64,000 nt of DNA from positions 124,001 through 188,000 of IMG/VR virus record IMGVR_UViG_3300042511_000879, one strand, 5' to 3'. The notes below the pieces were generated by a model. It was not told the origin of the DNA. It saw nothing but the letters and a program-made list of their open reading frames with translations, and searched no databases. A program made the position numbers and the translations under genes. Shown one piece after another: positions 37,877 through 45,626 of the stretch. Numbering within the stretch: the stretch's first letter is position 1; every line of letters starts with the position of its first letter.

Positions 37877-38983
37877 TTATTTGTTATTTATTTCTTTTAT
37901 CTTTTCAGGTGTTAATGCCTTTAAGAATTCAACATATAATCGTATGGCATATTTAACATCGTTCTTGTGACACATTTCTACAGTGGTATGCATGTATCTT
38001 AGTGGAGTTGCCAAGATTGCAGTTGGTGTACCCTCTAAAAAGAAGGACATTGTATCATTACCCATTGAACCGACTGTTAATTGAACTGGAATCTTAGCCT
38101 CTTTTGCAACCTCTCTTAACATTTTGTTAATTTTTCGGTGATTTTGTGCAGTGTACTCTAAACATGGACCTTCTCCACCTTTATTATCTCCATCTTTTGC
38201 TTTATCTATTTTAGGAGTATCAGTTGCATGGCAAACATCATGCACTAGGGCCAAATCAGCTTTAAGTGTTTTTGCAATTAAAGTGGCTCCATGTAATCCT
38301 ACCTCCTCTTGAACTGAATTAACTACATATAAATCATAAGGTAAATATGCATCCTCTTCTACCAGTTTTCTTAGGGCTTCAGCAATAATATAACCACCAA
38401 TCTTGTTGTCTAATGAACGTCCAACATAATAGTTTCCAATCTCTTCTAATTGAGTGTCAAATGTGATTAAGTTTCCAATTTCAACTCCAGCTTTTACAAC
38501 AGCCTCCTTGTCTTTAAGACCCATATCAACCCATAGTTCCTCTGGACTGTAACCCATCGAAGTGTATTCTTTTCGGGTATGAATTGCTGGCCATCCAAAA
38601 AGTCCTCTTAATTTTCTACCATCATGAGTGTGTATCATTACCGTTTTAGAAGGTGCAATCATATTGTCGCTTCCACCATGTCTTTTTACCCGGATCATTC
38701 CATCACTGTCGATGTTTGTAATAATCCATGCAATTTCATCACAATGCGCTTCAATTACAACTTTAGGAGTCCATGGCTCTAAACCTTGTCCAGATTTTGT
38801 TTTTCCGCGGAAGACTGCATAAGCCGTACCATACGCATCAATTTTTACATTTCCATTTACTAATGGTCTAACATAATCCAACCAGATCTTTTGACCCTCT
38901 CCTTCTTGGGCTACTGGAGCGTACGCATTAAGGTAGTTATATAAGAACTCCTTATTTTTCTTCAATTGTTTTGTTTTCTTCAT
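37877..38983 (-). CDS. M42-family metallo-aminopeptidase
   Basis: AHCDEI, LDNKIGG, QEEVGL.GA, DV.HA.D, YMHTTVE metal-ligand motifs. Confidence 0.9.
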   Translation of the reverse strand: MKKTKQLKKNKEFLYNYLNAYAPVAQEGEGQKIWLDYVRPLVNGNVKIDAYGTAYAVFRGKTKSGQGLEPWTPKVVIEAHCDEIAWIITNIDSDGMIRVKRHGGSDNMIAPSKTVMIHTHDGRKLRGLFGWPAIHTRKEYTSMGYSPEELWVDMGLKDKEAVVKAGVEIGNLITFDTQLEEIGNYYVGRSLDNKIGGYIIAEALRKLVEEDAYLPYDLYVVNSVQEEVGLHGATLIAKTLKADLALVHDVCHATDTPKIDKAKDGDNKGGEGPCLEYTAQNHRKINKMLREVAKEAKIPVQLTVGSMGNDTMSFFLEGTPTAILATPLRYMHTTVEMCHKNDVKYAIRLYVEFLKALTPEKIKEINNK

Positions 38984-39716
38984 TATATTGATTTAATCGT
39001 TTCATAAATTCTTTAAAGTAATGTTTTATGTCACTTTGTGTTAGTGTAAATATTTGGGGTTTGTCTTCTAGTTCATTAGCAATCCATACTTCTCCTCCAC
39101 TCGGTACATTTCCAGTACGTTCCCAAAATGCGATTGCATATCCTGCGACTTGAAGGAAATAATCTTCTATCCACTCGTCCCGTTTAGGCTTTCGACTATT
39201 CTTATAGTCTATGATTAAGATTTTGTTTCCAACCATTTCGGAAGCATTATCAAGAGTTCCGGCGTAACCTCGGCCTGACCATATAAATTTCTCAGCGGCA
39301 AGTACCTTAACAACCCTATCAAAAAAATCAGGATGGTGTGTCCAGAACTTCAGAAAGAATTCCCAACCAGCCTTCAACCATGTTTCCCCTAAGGGATCCT
39401 CATTGAACTGGTTGACTTCAATATCCGTCTTTGATATGAATATCAATTGAGATAGTCGTTGATTCGGTGTACCTTGGAGTCCTTTGTATAATTCTAGAAG
39501 ACGGTGCATTATAGTTCCTCGATTCATCGATAGATTTGAGATTCTATCTGCTTCCTCATGTCCAATCTTGTTTCGCCATTCATCAAGTCCACTTTGGTCT
39601 TTTGTATTTCCAAGAATTGTCGTCATACTTGGATAGGTTCCAAGTACAAGTCCATTTGTGGTTACTCTGTAATATCTACGGCCATTGATTTCTACCCGTT
39701 CAATAGATTCTTCCAT
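38952..39716 (-). CDS. PD-(D/E)XK exonuclease (lambda-exo/MGME1-like)
   Basis: YPSMTTIL, RGTIMH..LE, E, YAGTLD, IIDYKNS, Y.LQ..GY; start set at MEESIE (TAATG overlap). Confidence 0.8.
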   Translation of the reverse strand: MEESIERVEINGRRYYRVTTNGLVLGTYPSMTTILGNTKDQSGLDEWRNKIGHEEADRISNLSMNRGTIMHRLLELYKGLQGTPNQRLSQLIFISKTDIEVNQFNEDPLGETWLKAGWEFFLKFWTHHPDFFDRVVKVLAAEKFIWSGRGYAGTLDNASEMVGNKILIIDYKNSRKPKRDEWIEDYFLQVAGYAIAFWERTGNVPSGGEVWIANELEDKPQIFTLTQSDIKHYFKEFMKRLNQYNEENKTIEEK

Positions 39717-40138
39717 TAAAACATGGAAATTATCCAATTGATAAAATATCCAACTCCTGTTAGGATTCCGGCAAATAATAAGTTTCTGACAACGGCAGTC
39801 CATGTAAAGTAATCATTGTCAGGATACAGTACAACAAGATACTGTGCACTTCCTTCAATTTTACTTATTTCAGGGTATGAAAGGTCTGAAAGTCCGTATT
39901 TGATTAGAATATCATTGATAGGTCCCAATTGTTGAAATACTATCGATTGTTGTACCAAGTCTGGTTGACCTAAAAACTCATTTTGAATTTCTACAACACC
40001 ATAGATTCGACCAATCATGTCAACTCTAAGTCCGGCAGCGGTAAGTTCTGGCTCAACGGCCTTAACTGCTTTATAAAATTTTCTTGTAATCCATGCCTCT
40101 TTAAAGAATCGAGGCCAATATAATAGTGCATTTTTCAT
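39716..40138 (-). CDS. Hypothetical protein with C-terminal transmembrane helix
   Basis: 140 aa; TATAAATA upstream at 40153-40160. Confidence 0.6.
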   Translation of the reverse strand: MKNALLYWPRFFKEAWITRKFYKAVKAVEPELTAAGLRVDMIGRIYGVVEIQNEFLGQPDLVQQSIVFQQLGPINDILIKYGLSDLSYPEISKIEGSAQYLVVLYPDNDYFTWTAVVRNLLFAGILTGVGYFINWIISMF

Positions 40139-40189
40139 AGTGCTAATTTTTATATTTATATTCTATATTTTAGATTTGTTTCTAAATTA

Positions 40190-40217
40190 AAAAAGGGACC
40201 CTTTACAGAGTCCCTTT
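40190..40217 (-). terminator. Intrinsic terminator after the RNA cluster
   Basis: AAAGGGAC...GTCCCTTT followed by TTT on the minus strand. Confidence 0.75.
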
Positions 40218-40221
40218 AGTT

Positions 40222-40450
40222 TTGGGTAGGTCAGAGGCCTTCTGCCTACCGAGACCTTGTCGTTGCCACAACAGCAGAGCGTACCAAGACACTTTGTTTT
40301 TAGAAGGTCACCAACATCACCTTCAGTGGTAGCTTTAGGAATACTTATCTATTCCAAGGTTTCGAATTCTTTTATGTCTTGTTCTGAAAGACTCAACGAC
40401 TGTTTCATCGTTACCGCACGCCACTACTTGATACCTCAACGCGAACTGGT
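40222..40450 (-). ncRNA. Candidate multi-stem structured ncRNA between tRNA-Leu and the terminator
   Basis: Minus-strand stems AACGA/TCGTT, GTCTT/AAGAC, GGAATA/TATTCC, GAAGGT/ACCTTC, GTTG/CAAC, long-range GAAACCTTG/CAAGGTCTC, terminal GGTAGG-CAGA/TCTG-CCTACC; no long ORF. Confidence 0.5.
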
Positions 40451-40460
40451 TTTAAGATTG

Positions 40461-40539
40461 TAGGCCGAAAGGGAGTCGAACCCTCACGCATAAGCGTCAC
40501 CGTTTAAGGATGATGTGTCTACCATTCCACCACCGGCCT
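40461..40539 (-). tRNA. trnL: tRNA-Leu(TAA), CCA not encoded
   Basis: Full cloverleaf: AGGCCGG/TCGGCCT, D-arm GTGGAATGGTAGACAC, TCATC-CTTAAAC-GGTGA, variable arm CGC-TTAT-GCG, GAGGG-TTCGACT-CCCTT; followed by A-CAA. Confidence 0.9.
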
Positions 40540-40547
40540 AAATTTAC

Positions 40548-40604
40548 AGGATAACTGTTTGTTTGAATTACAGTCAAAGTTTTTTAGTTTGCTGAACGTA
40601 TCCT
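40548..40604 (-). ncRNA. Armless tRNA-like element (acceptor-like stem plus GTA anticodon arm)
   Basis: AGGATAC-GTTCAGCAAACTAAAAAAC-TTTGA-CTGTAAT-TCAAA-CAAACA-GTTATCCT. Confidence 0.55.
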
Positions 40605-40617
40605 TTAAAATATTGTT

Positions 40618-40794
40618 TTAAGCATTTTTAGCTTCAGAGATATGAGTTCTCACATCTTGAGCCAAAGTCTTAATAGTTTGCATTGCTTTACGAACTCTTG
40701 TTCCAGCAGCGCCATTTTGTTTTTCTTCAAATTTAGCAGCATCTACTCTAATAGAATCAACAGCCTCTACGATTTGATTTAATAAATCTTCCAT
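40618..40794 (-). CDS. Histone H1-like nucleoid protein (Hc1 family, Bacteroidota type), 58 aa, not in the ORF track
   Basis: Hand translation MEDLLNQIVEAVDSIRVDAAKFEEKQNGAAGTRVRKAMQTIKTLAQDVRTHISEAKNA*; N.AAGTR.RK signature; GATATATAA at 40819-40827. Confidence 0.8.
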   Translation of the reverse strand: MEDLLNQIVEAVDSIRVDAAKFEEKQNGAAGTRVRKAMQTIKTLAQDVRTHISEAKNA

Positions 40795-40843
40795 TGTTAT
40801 AGTTTTTAAATTTAGATGTTATATATCCCTTTTAAATAATGTT

Positions 40844-41056
40844 TCAAAAATTAGATGGTTTTCCATCAACTAAGATTGAAATAACCGGCTCATCGCTATT
40901 TGATGTTATGTATTTAACATAGGCCTTTGGGTTCTTAATGTTATCATACACTTTAATTCTGGTTGCATAATGAACCTCAACTACACTTCCACCTGGGATG
41001 GCTGATTGCGGGTTAGTTCGGAATTCTTGTCCGACAAATACTTTATTCTTTTCCAT
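40844..41056 (-). CDS. Hypothetical protein
   Basis: 70 aa ORF, tightly packed. Confidence 0.55.
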   Translation of the reverse strand: MEKNKVFVGQEFRTNPQSAIPGGSVVEVHYATRIKVYDNIKNPKAYVKYITSNSDEPVISILVDGKPSNF

Positions 41057-41285
41057 TTATTACTACTTTTCTAATTCTGTTAAATAATTTTTCAAGGTCT
41101 TCTATAGAATCTACTGACCATTTTTTGGTTTTAAGGACAAAGAAACAATCATTATCTCGGTCAATTCCAAGACTTGAACGGGCTTCGATTTCTAGGAATT
41201 CAAACTCATCAGGGTCAGATATACAATTACCATCTTGTGAGAAACGGAATGATGCCTCTTCTAATATTAATCCTTGTTCTTCCAT
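41043..41285 (-). CDS. Hypothetical protein
   Basis: 80 aa ORF. Confidence 0.55.
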   Translation of the reverse strand: MEEQGLILEEASFRFSQDGNCISDPDEFEFLEIEARSSLGIDRDNDCFFVLKTKKWSVDSIEDLEKLFNRIRKVVINGKE

Positions 41286-41286
41286 G

Positions 41287-41502
41287 TTATTTCTTTTGTT
41301 TTAATTTCATGCTCTTAGGCTCACTAATAATTTTTAGGTATGATGCCTTGTCTTTTAGACACTTTGTACAATAAGGCGCATAATATTCGTCATGATTATC
41401 TTCGACTCCTCGATGCGATTTCCTGGAAACTGTGTAAAGGTCCTTGCTAGGAAAATCATCCAAGCAGTTTGTACATATTGTAAGTGATACTTCTCTTGCC
41501 AT
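41287..41502 (-). CDS. Small zinc-finger-like protein
   Basis: CTNC...CTKC. Confidence 0.55.
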   Translation of the reverse strand: MAREVSLTICTNCLDDFPSKDLYTVSRKSHRGVEDNHDEYYAPYCTKCLKDKASYLKIISEPKSMKLKQKK

Positions 41503-41503
41503 A

Positions 41504-41836
41504 TTATTCGGTATAAAATGATTTAACTTTCTTTACATATCCTTGTTTGTAGCCAACAATAGTTCCTTCATCGTTTTCCTCATAACTCCAAGTAGGAACA
41601 GGTTCGGTGTTGAGATATGAACGTAGGTCTCGATGATGTACCTTTCCATGAATTGCATTATGCGCCGGATGTGACTCAATGAATGCTCCATCCATACGAT
41701 TCCAAAATACTTTAGATTGGTGTGGACTTCCAGTCTCCCAAGGTAACCAAACCTCAACAGTATCTCCATCATAAATCATTTTGCCAAAAGAATCTCTTCC
41801 TATCCAATATGCTTTCTTATAGTGTCTAATTGTCAT
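41504..41836 (-). CDS. YopX-like phage protein
   Basis: G.D..GKMIYDGDTV pattern. Confidence 0.4.
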   Translation of the reverse strand: MTIRHYKKAYWIGRDSFGKMIYDGDTVEVWLPWETGSPHQSKVFWNRMDGAFIESHPAHNAIHGKVHHRDLRSYLNTEPVPTWSYEENDEGTIVGYKQGYVKKVKSFYTE

Positions 41837-41841
41837 CTTAA

Positions 41842-42087
41842 TTATTTTGCATAGTTACGGTCTAAAAGGTCATGCCATGTTAGTACTCCAACCAAATGCG
41901 GAAGTGAATATGAATCAGTGTTCATTTCCCAATTTCCATCAAAATTAGTGAATTGAACCATATAACAGTCCTCTAGAATTGTTATTAAACATTTATCGTT
42001 GGCCCATTTATTAGGACCAACATTCTTAAATGAGTTTCTCTCTAAGAAACGTTCCGCGTAAGGATTAACAATCTCTTCCATTTTCAT
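41842..42087 (-). CDS. Hypothetical protein
   Basis: 81 aa ORF. Confidence 0.5.
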   Translation of the reverse strand: MKMEEIVNPYAERFLERNSFKNVGPNKWANDKCLITILEDCYMVQFTNFDGNWEMNTDSYSLPHLVGVLTWHDLLDRNYAK

Positions 42088-43354
42088 ATATTGCTTTTAC
42101 GGTTGGAAATCTTAAAGATATTCCGCCATTTTGATTTTTTGTCTCTTCGAAGTACTGAACTGTTATTTGTTTTCCAAGAATTTCGTTAGGATTCTCGAAG
42201 TAGAATCTTTTTTGTTCGTGAGAGAACCCACTACCAACTTGAACTCTATAACCTTTATGCTCAATTACAACATTTCGCATCATCATCTCTGCAACCTCTT
42301 TACCATCTACGATAACTCTATTGACTGCATATTCGATGTCAACTACAACATATTCTGCATCGTAGAATTGTTTTACCTTAAGTACATCGTTACTACGTTT
42401 TCCTTGGTAAGGAGCATCTTTACGTAACATTAGTCCTTCCCATCCATTTTCTTTTGCCTGAACTACATGATACGTTAGCATTCTCTCATCTAATAAGATA
42501 GTCTGGGGTAGGTAGTCAATTTTGGTAAATTCTCTTTGAAAGAAAAGGTTATCCAATTGAACATTTCGGATTCCAAAGGTTGTAGTACCTTCTTTGTTAA
42601 TGAATTCCTCCATGGTTAAAAGGTCAAACATATAAAAGAATGGATTTTCAATTGTATGGTCTTTACGTTTGATTTCTTTAATGATACCTTGGAAGTTTTC
42701 ATTTCCATTAGCATCCAATATACAGATTTCTCCATCAATAACCATATTCTTTAGGCCTAATGAGATAATCTCAGCGTCCAGGTTCTTAAGAGTCATAAAC
42801 TCATTTCCAGCTCTAGAGAAATATGTAGGTTCTCCATCTTCATTAATGATACAAATACATCTACATCCGTCCAATTTACGACTTACAAACCAAATATCAT
42901 CAAAGTCTACCTTCTTTGCCGTTTTCTCATCGTAAGAATTAGCCAATGCAACATCGAATGTAGGAATCAACCCTGGAATCACTTTGTTAATCATAGATGT
43001 TGTCGAACGGGTCTTAAGGTTTCTATCAATTATATTAAAAATCAACTCCTCGTAATCCCTATTTGCTTCGATGAACCCATTAACACAACTAATTGCAGTA
43101 TGTCCGGTAATGTTACGGTCATTCAAATCATCAAGCAATTGTGATAGGTTCGGATAGTTTTGTTTTACCAAGTTAGAATTCTTTTTGCAATTCTCTGAGG
43201 AGACACCATACTGTTTAAAAGTATTATAGGTGTAATTAAGAGCAAGAAGTACTGAATCGTTTTTGGCATACTTTTTAAGTACGTTTAATTTGTCAGTATT
43301 AGAGTTAGTTTGATTCGACTCAGTAACGAAATCTTGAATGTCTTGTAAGTTCAT
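42065..43354 (-). CDS. lig: ATP-dependent DNA ligase
   Basis: KLDGCR (motif I), FSRAG, IDGEI, FDLL, EGLMLR, KVK, VGSGF, SLRFP; start at MNLQDIQ after the promoter cassette. Confidence 0.95.
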   Translation of the reverse strand: MNLQDIQDFVTESNQTNSNTDKLNVLKKYAKNDSVLLALNYTYNTFKQYGVSSENCKKNSNLVKQNYPNLSQLLDDLNDRNITGHTAISCVNGFIEANRDYEELIFNIIDRNLKTRSTTSMINKVIPGLIPTFDVALANSYDEKTAKKVDFDDIWFVSRKLDGCRCICIINEDGEPTYFSRAGNEFMTLKNLDAEIISLGLKNMVIDGEICILDANGNENFQGIIKEIKRKDHTIENPFFYMFDLLTMEEFINKEGTTTFGIRNVQLDNLFFQREFTKIDYLPQTILLDERMLTYHVVQAKENGWEGLMLRKDAPYQGKRSNDVLKVKQFYDAEYVVVDIEYAVNRVIVDGKEVAEMMMRNVVIEHKGYRVQVGSGFSHEQKRFYFENPNEILGKQITVQYFEETKNQNGGISLRFPTVKAIYENGRDC

Positions 43355-43372
43355 ATTTGTTTTAATTAGATA

Positions 43373-43406
43373 TGTAAATATAATCAATATATTTCAATCG
43401 GTAAAA
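43373..43406 (-). promoter_or_regulatory. Early-type promoter cassette 3
   Basis: TTTTACCG-N16-TATATTTACA upstream of the ligase. Confidence 0.75.
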
Positions 43407-43435
43407 CTTTTTGATAAAAAGTTATTAACAATTTG

Positions 43436-43501
43436 TAGTCAGGACAGGAATCGAACCTGCAACGCGAAACTTAATTCGTCTTAGCCTACTTTCACCTGAC
43501 T
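43436..43501 (-). ncRNA. tRNA-like element A (degenerate D and anticodon arms)
   Basis: Acceptor AGTCAGG/CCTGACT and T-arm GCAGG-TTCGATT-CCTGT intact; 66 nt. Confidence 0.6.
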
Positions 43502-43559
43502 TCCGTTCTAATGGAGGCATCGCACCTCAAAGACTGTTCATAAACTAGTTTAATTAGCG

Positions 43560-43645
43560 TAGTCAGGACAGGATTCGAACCTGTATGAGTTTCTTTCACC
43601 TCCACTCCATATAGAGTTGCGTCTCTCCAATTCCGCCACCTGACC
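43560..43645 (-). ncRNA. tRNA-like element B (class II-like, aberrant anticodon loop)
   Basis: GGTCAGG/CCTGACT, D-arm GCGGAATTGGAGAGACGC, ACTC-TATATG-GAGT, variable arm, ACAGG-TTCGAAT-CCTGT. Confidence 0.65.
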
Positions 43646-43806
43646 TTTTGCAATTATGGTTGATTAGACCTCATGAAGTTTATTGCCCTCCAAGCCCAGT
43701 TTCCGTAACGGCGCAACTGAATTTCAAAACCCGCTCTTGCCTCACGCCCAAGAGTATGTCGGTACGTTTTATAGATACGCACATCATCTGAGTAATCAAC
43801 TCATTG

Positions 43807-43924
43807 TGGTCAGTGTAGGATTCGAACCTACAAGTAATGGAAGTTCCTCAACCTCTCCTCTATGTTCAGTGACTTTGCGTCCTGCCCTTTGTTTTATACT
43901 TTGGTGCCATTTCTCCACCTGACT
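43807..43924 (-). ncRNA. tRNA-like element C with a long central insertion
   Basis: GTCAG/CTGAC acceptor and TGTAGG-TTCGAAT-CCTACA T-arm; about 118 nt. Confidence 0.55.
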
Positions 43925-44081
43925 CCTTCGCTAATGTTAAAAACTGATCCAATCCTCCTAAAAATCATTAACTTGCTACTTACTCTATAATAGGCTCGCC
44001 CGTCCCGTTTTAAATATAAGTTTACCTGAAACTTCAGTGAGTTGTTGATTGACCACTCCCACCTACTCAAGTAGTTTTTAG

Positions 44082-44142
44082 TAGAGAGGGAAGATTCGAA
44101 CTTCCTGTGTTGGCACTGCCCACTTTAACCAGACCTCTCCTA
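44082..44142 (-). ncRNA. tRNA-like element D (shortened)
   Basis: GGAGAG/CTCTCT acceptor and GGAAG-TTCGAAT-CTTCC T-arm; only about 28 nt between them. Confidence 0.5.
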
Positions 44143-44167
44143 GCTCTGCAGAGCCGTTTTATTTTTG

Positions 44168-44251
44168 AAATCGGTAAGGGATTCGAACCCCTATCCGGAC
44201 TTACCGTCCATGTTAACCCTAGCAGGAATACTCCTGTTACACCAACCGATT
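44168..44251 (-). ncRNA. tRNA-like element E (hairpin inserted in D-loop, 5-nt anticodon loop)
   Basis: AATCGGT/ACCGATT perfect acceptor; GTGT/ACAT D-stem with CAGGA-GTAT-TCCTG insert; GGAC-GGTAA-GTCC; AGGGG-TTCGAAT-CCCTT. Confidence 0.6.
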
Positions 44252-44473
44252 AATTTACCAACCTTGGTCTTTCTTATTAACTAACAGGATTTCTCACATT
44301 AGAAGAACAAGAGCAGGGTTACTGATTGAGTGCAATGGGCGACGTCTTCCTACTGTTAACCCTTGTTCGGAAATTATGCGCTCTACCTCTCAATTAACAG
44401 CGAGCATTGGTAAATCTAAAGAACCTGACCTGACCTTCCAGATAGTACATGTCACAATTAATTTGGCGCCGTG

Positions 44474-44689
44474 TTATGTAGCAGGTTCTTCATTATCCAT
44501 GGATTCAATTAACTCATCATACTTGCCTGAGTGATAATCTTCTACCATTTGTTGAATTCTTAAATCTCTTGATTCAACACCTTTTCTTAGTTTTTCAAGC
44601 TGTTCCGGTGTTGGATTGTTATTTACTGTATAGATAACACCAATATCATCTAATTTATCAGTAATTTCCTTAGCATCAAACTTTTTCAT
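44474..44689 (-). CDS. Hypothetical protein
   Basis: 71 aa ORF. Confidence 0.5.
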   Translation of the reverse strand: MKKFDAKEITDKLDDIGVIYTVNNNPTPEQLEKLRKGVESRDLRIQQMVEDYHSGKYDELIESMDNEEPAT

Positions 44690-44701
44690 ATCTCTTTTCT
44701 A

Positions 44702-45283
44702 TTATATCATTACATCAACAAATTGTTTCTTCCAATCTAACCAAGGTTCAGAGGTTACTCCGAAGTGAGTTAAATATTTCCAATGCATAAACAATTTGCG
44801 TTCATTCCAATCTTTATAATTCTTAATCAAGGCATCCTGTCTGTCCAATTCTTGTTTATATGCTTCTGATTTTTTTGCAAGAGCCGTAAAACTGCTATCA
44901 AGTTTTGCAAGACGTTTTACCACTTTCTCGGTTGGAAGACCCTGTACTGCTAGAGTTACTATCAATTCCTTCAAGTTAACAATTTTATCCACCATTGAAT
45001 TAAGGGTCGGAACTGTTGCATTATAAGAGGTCTTTGCAGATTCTCTTGACCTTTGAAACCCTTCAAAGTTTCTTTGTAATTCTCCGTCTTCAATGTCTTC
45101 GTTTATCAGGGCTTCTGGGTCGATTCCATAGAATTGATCGAATTGTTCTCCTCCAGGAAGAGGTGCCTTTGATGCATGTTCAGCAACTTCTATTGATTTG
45201 GCTGCTGAAAGAACTGCAACGTAACAATTAGCTCTTTGAGTTTCTAAAAGCTCTTTGACTTGTTTTTCTGTGAATAGTTTCAT
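44702..45283 (-). CDS. Coiled-coil hypothetical protein
   Basis: 193 aa ORF. Confidence 0.55.
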   Translation of the reverse strand: MKLFTEKQVKELLETQRANCYVAVLSAAKSIEVAEHASKAPLPGGEQFDQFYGIDPEALINEDIEDGELQRNFEGFQRSRESAKTSYNATVPTLNSMVDKIVNLKELIVTLAVQGLPTEKVVKRLAKLDSSFTALAKKSEAYKQELDRQDALIKNYKDWNERKLFMHWKYLTHFGVTSEPWLDWKKQFVDVMI

Positions 45284-45284
45284 A

Positions 45285-45620
45285 TTATTTTCTTAAATAT
45301 TTTCGGAAATTTGTAGTTGCTCTAACGATTATATCGATTCTGCTCTCAGGGTTCATTTCCATAATACGTTCAACACAATCATAAAATTTACCAGGAGTGT
45401 ATGTTGATTCTCTTTTGACCTTTCTAGTTTTGTTCAATTGATATATTGTACTTTGTCCATATCCACGATAACTTAAACCAGAATATTTACGGCGGACATA
45501 TCCACTTTCATAACTTAAATAATCACACCCAGTAATTGGGTCATGAAAACATTGAGTTCCATTATTTGCCTGTCTTTCGGTTGTTAATTCAATTAGCCCG
45601 ATTGCTGATGTTTTTGTCAT
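45285..45620 (-). CDS. Hypothetical protein
   Basis: 111 aa ORF. Confidence 0.55.
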   Translation of the reverse strand: MTKTSAIGLIELTTERQANNGTQCFHDPITGCDYLSYESGYVRRKYSGLSYRGYGQSTIYQLNKTRKVKRESTYTPGKFYDCVERIMEMNPESRIDIIVRATTNFRKYLRK

Positions 45621-45626
45621 GATATA

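Noticed and set aside
40222-40450. tmRNA, RNase P RNA or self-cleaving ribozyme
   Set aside because: No tRNA-like Ala acceptor ends or tag ending in AA, no RNase P P4 consensus, and no CUGAUGA/GAAA hammerhead core found by eye
43683-43922. Plus-strand 79-aa ORF within the RNA cluster
   Set aside because: Antisense to tRNA-like element C; the window otherwise has no credible plus-strand gene
43807-43924. Intron-containing functional tRNA
   Set aside because: The insert is too short for a group I intron, no clear bulge-helix-bulge is visible, and the acceptor ends are mismatched; kept only as a tRNA-like element
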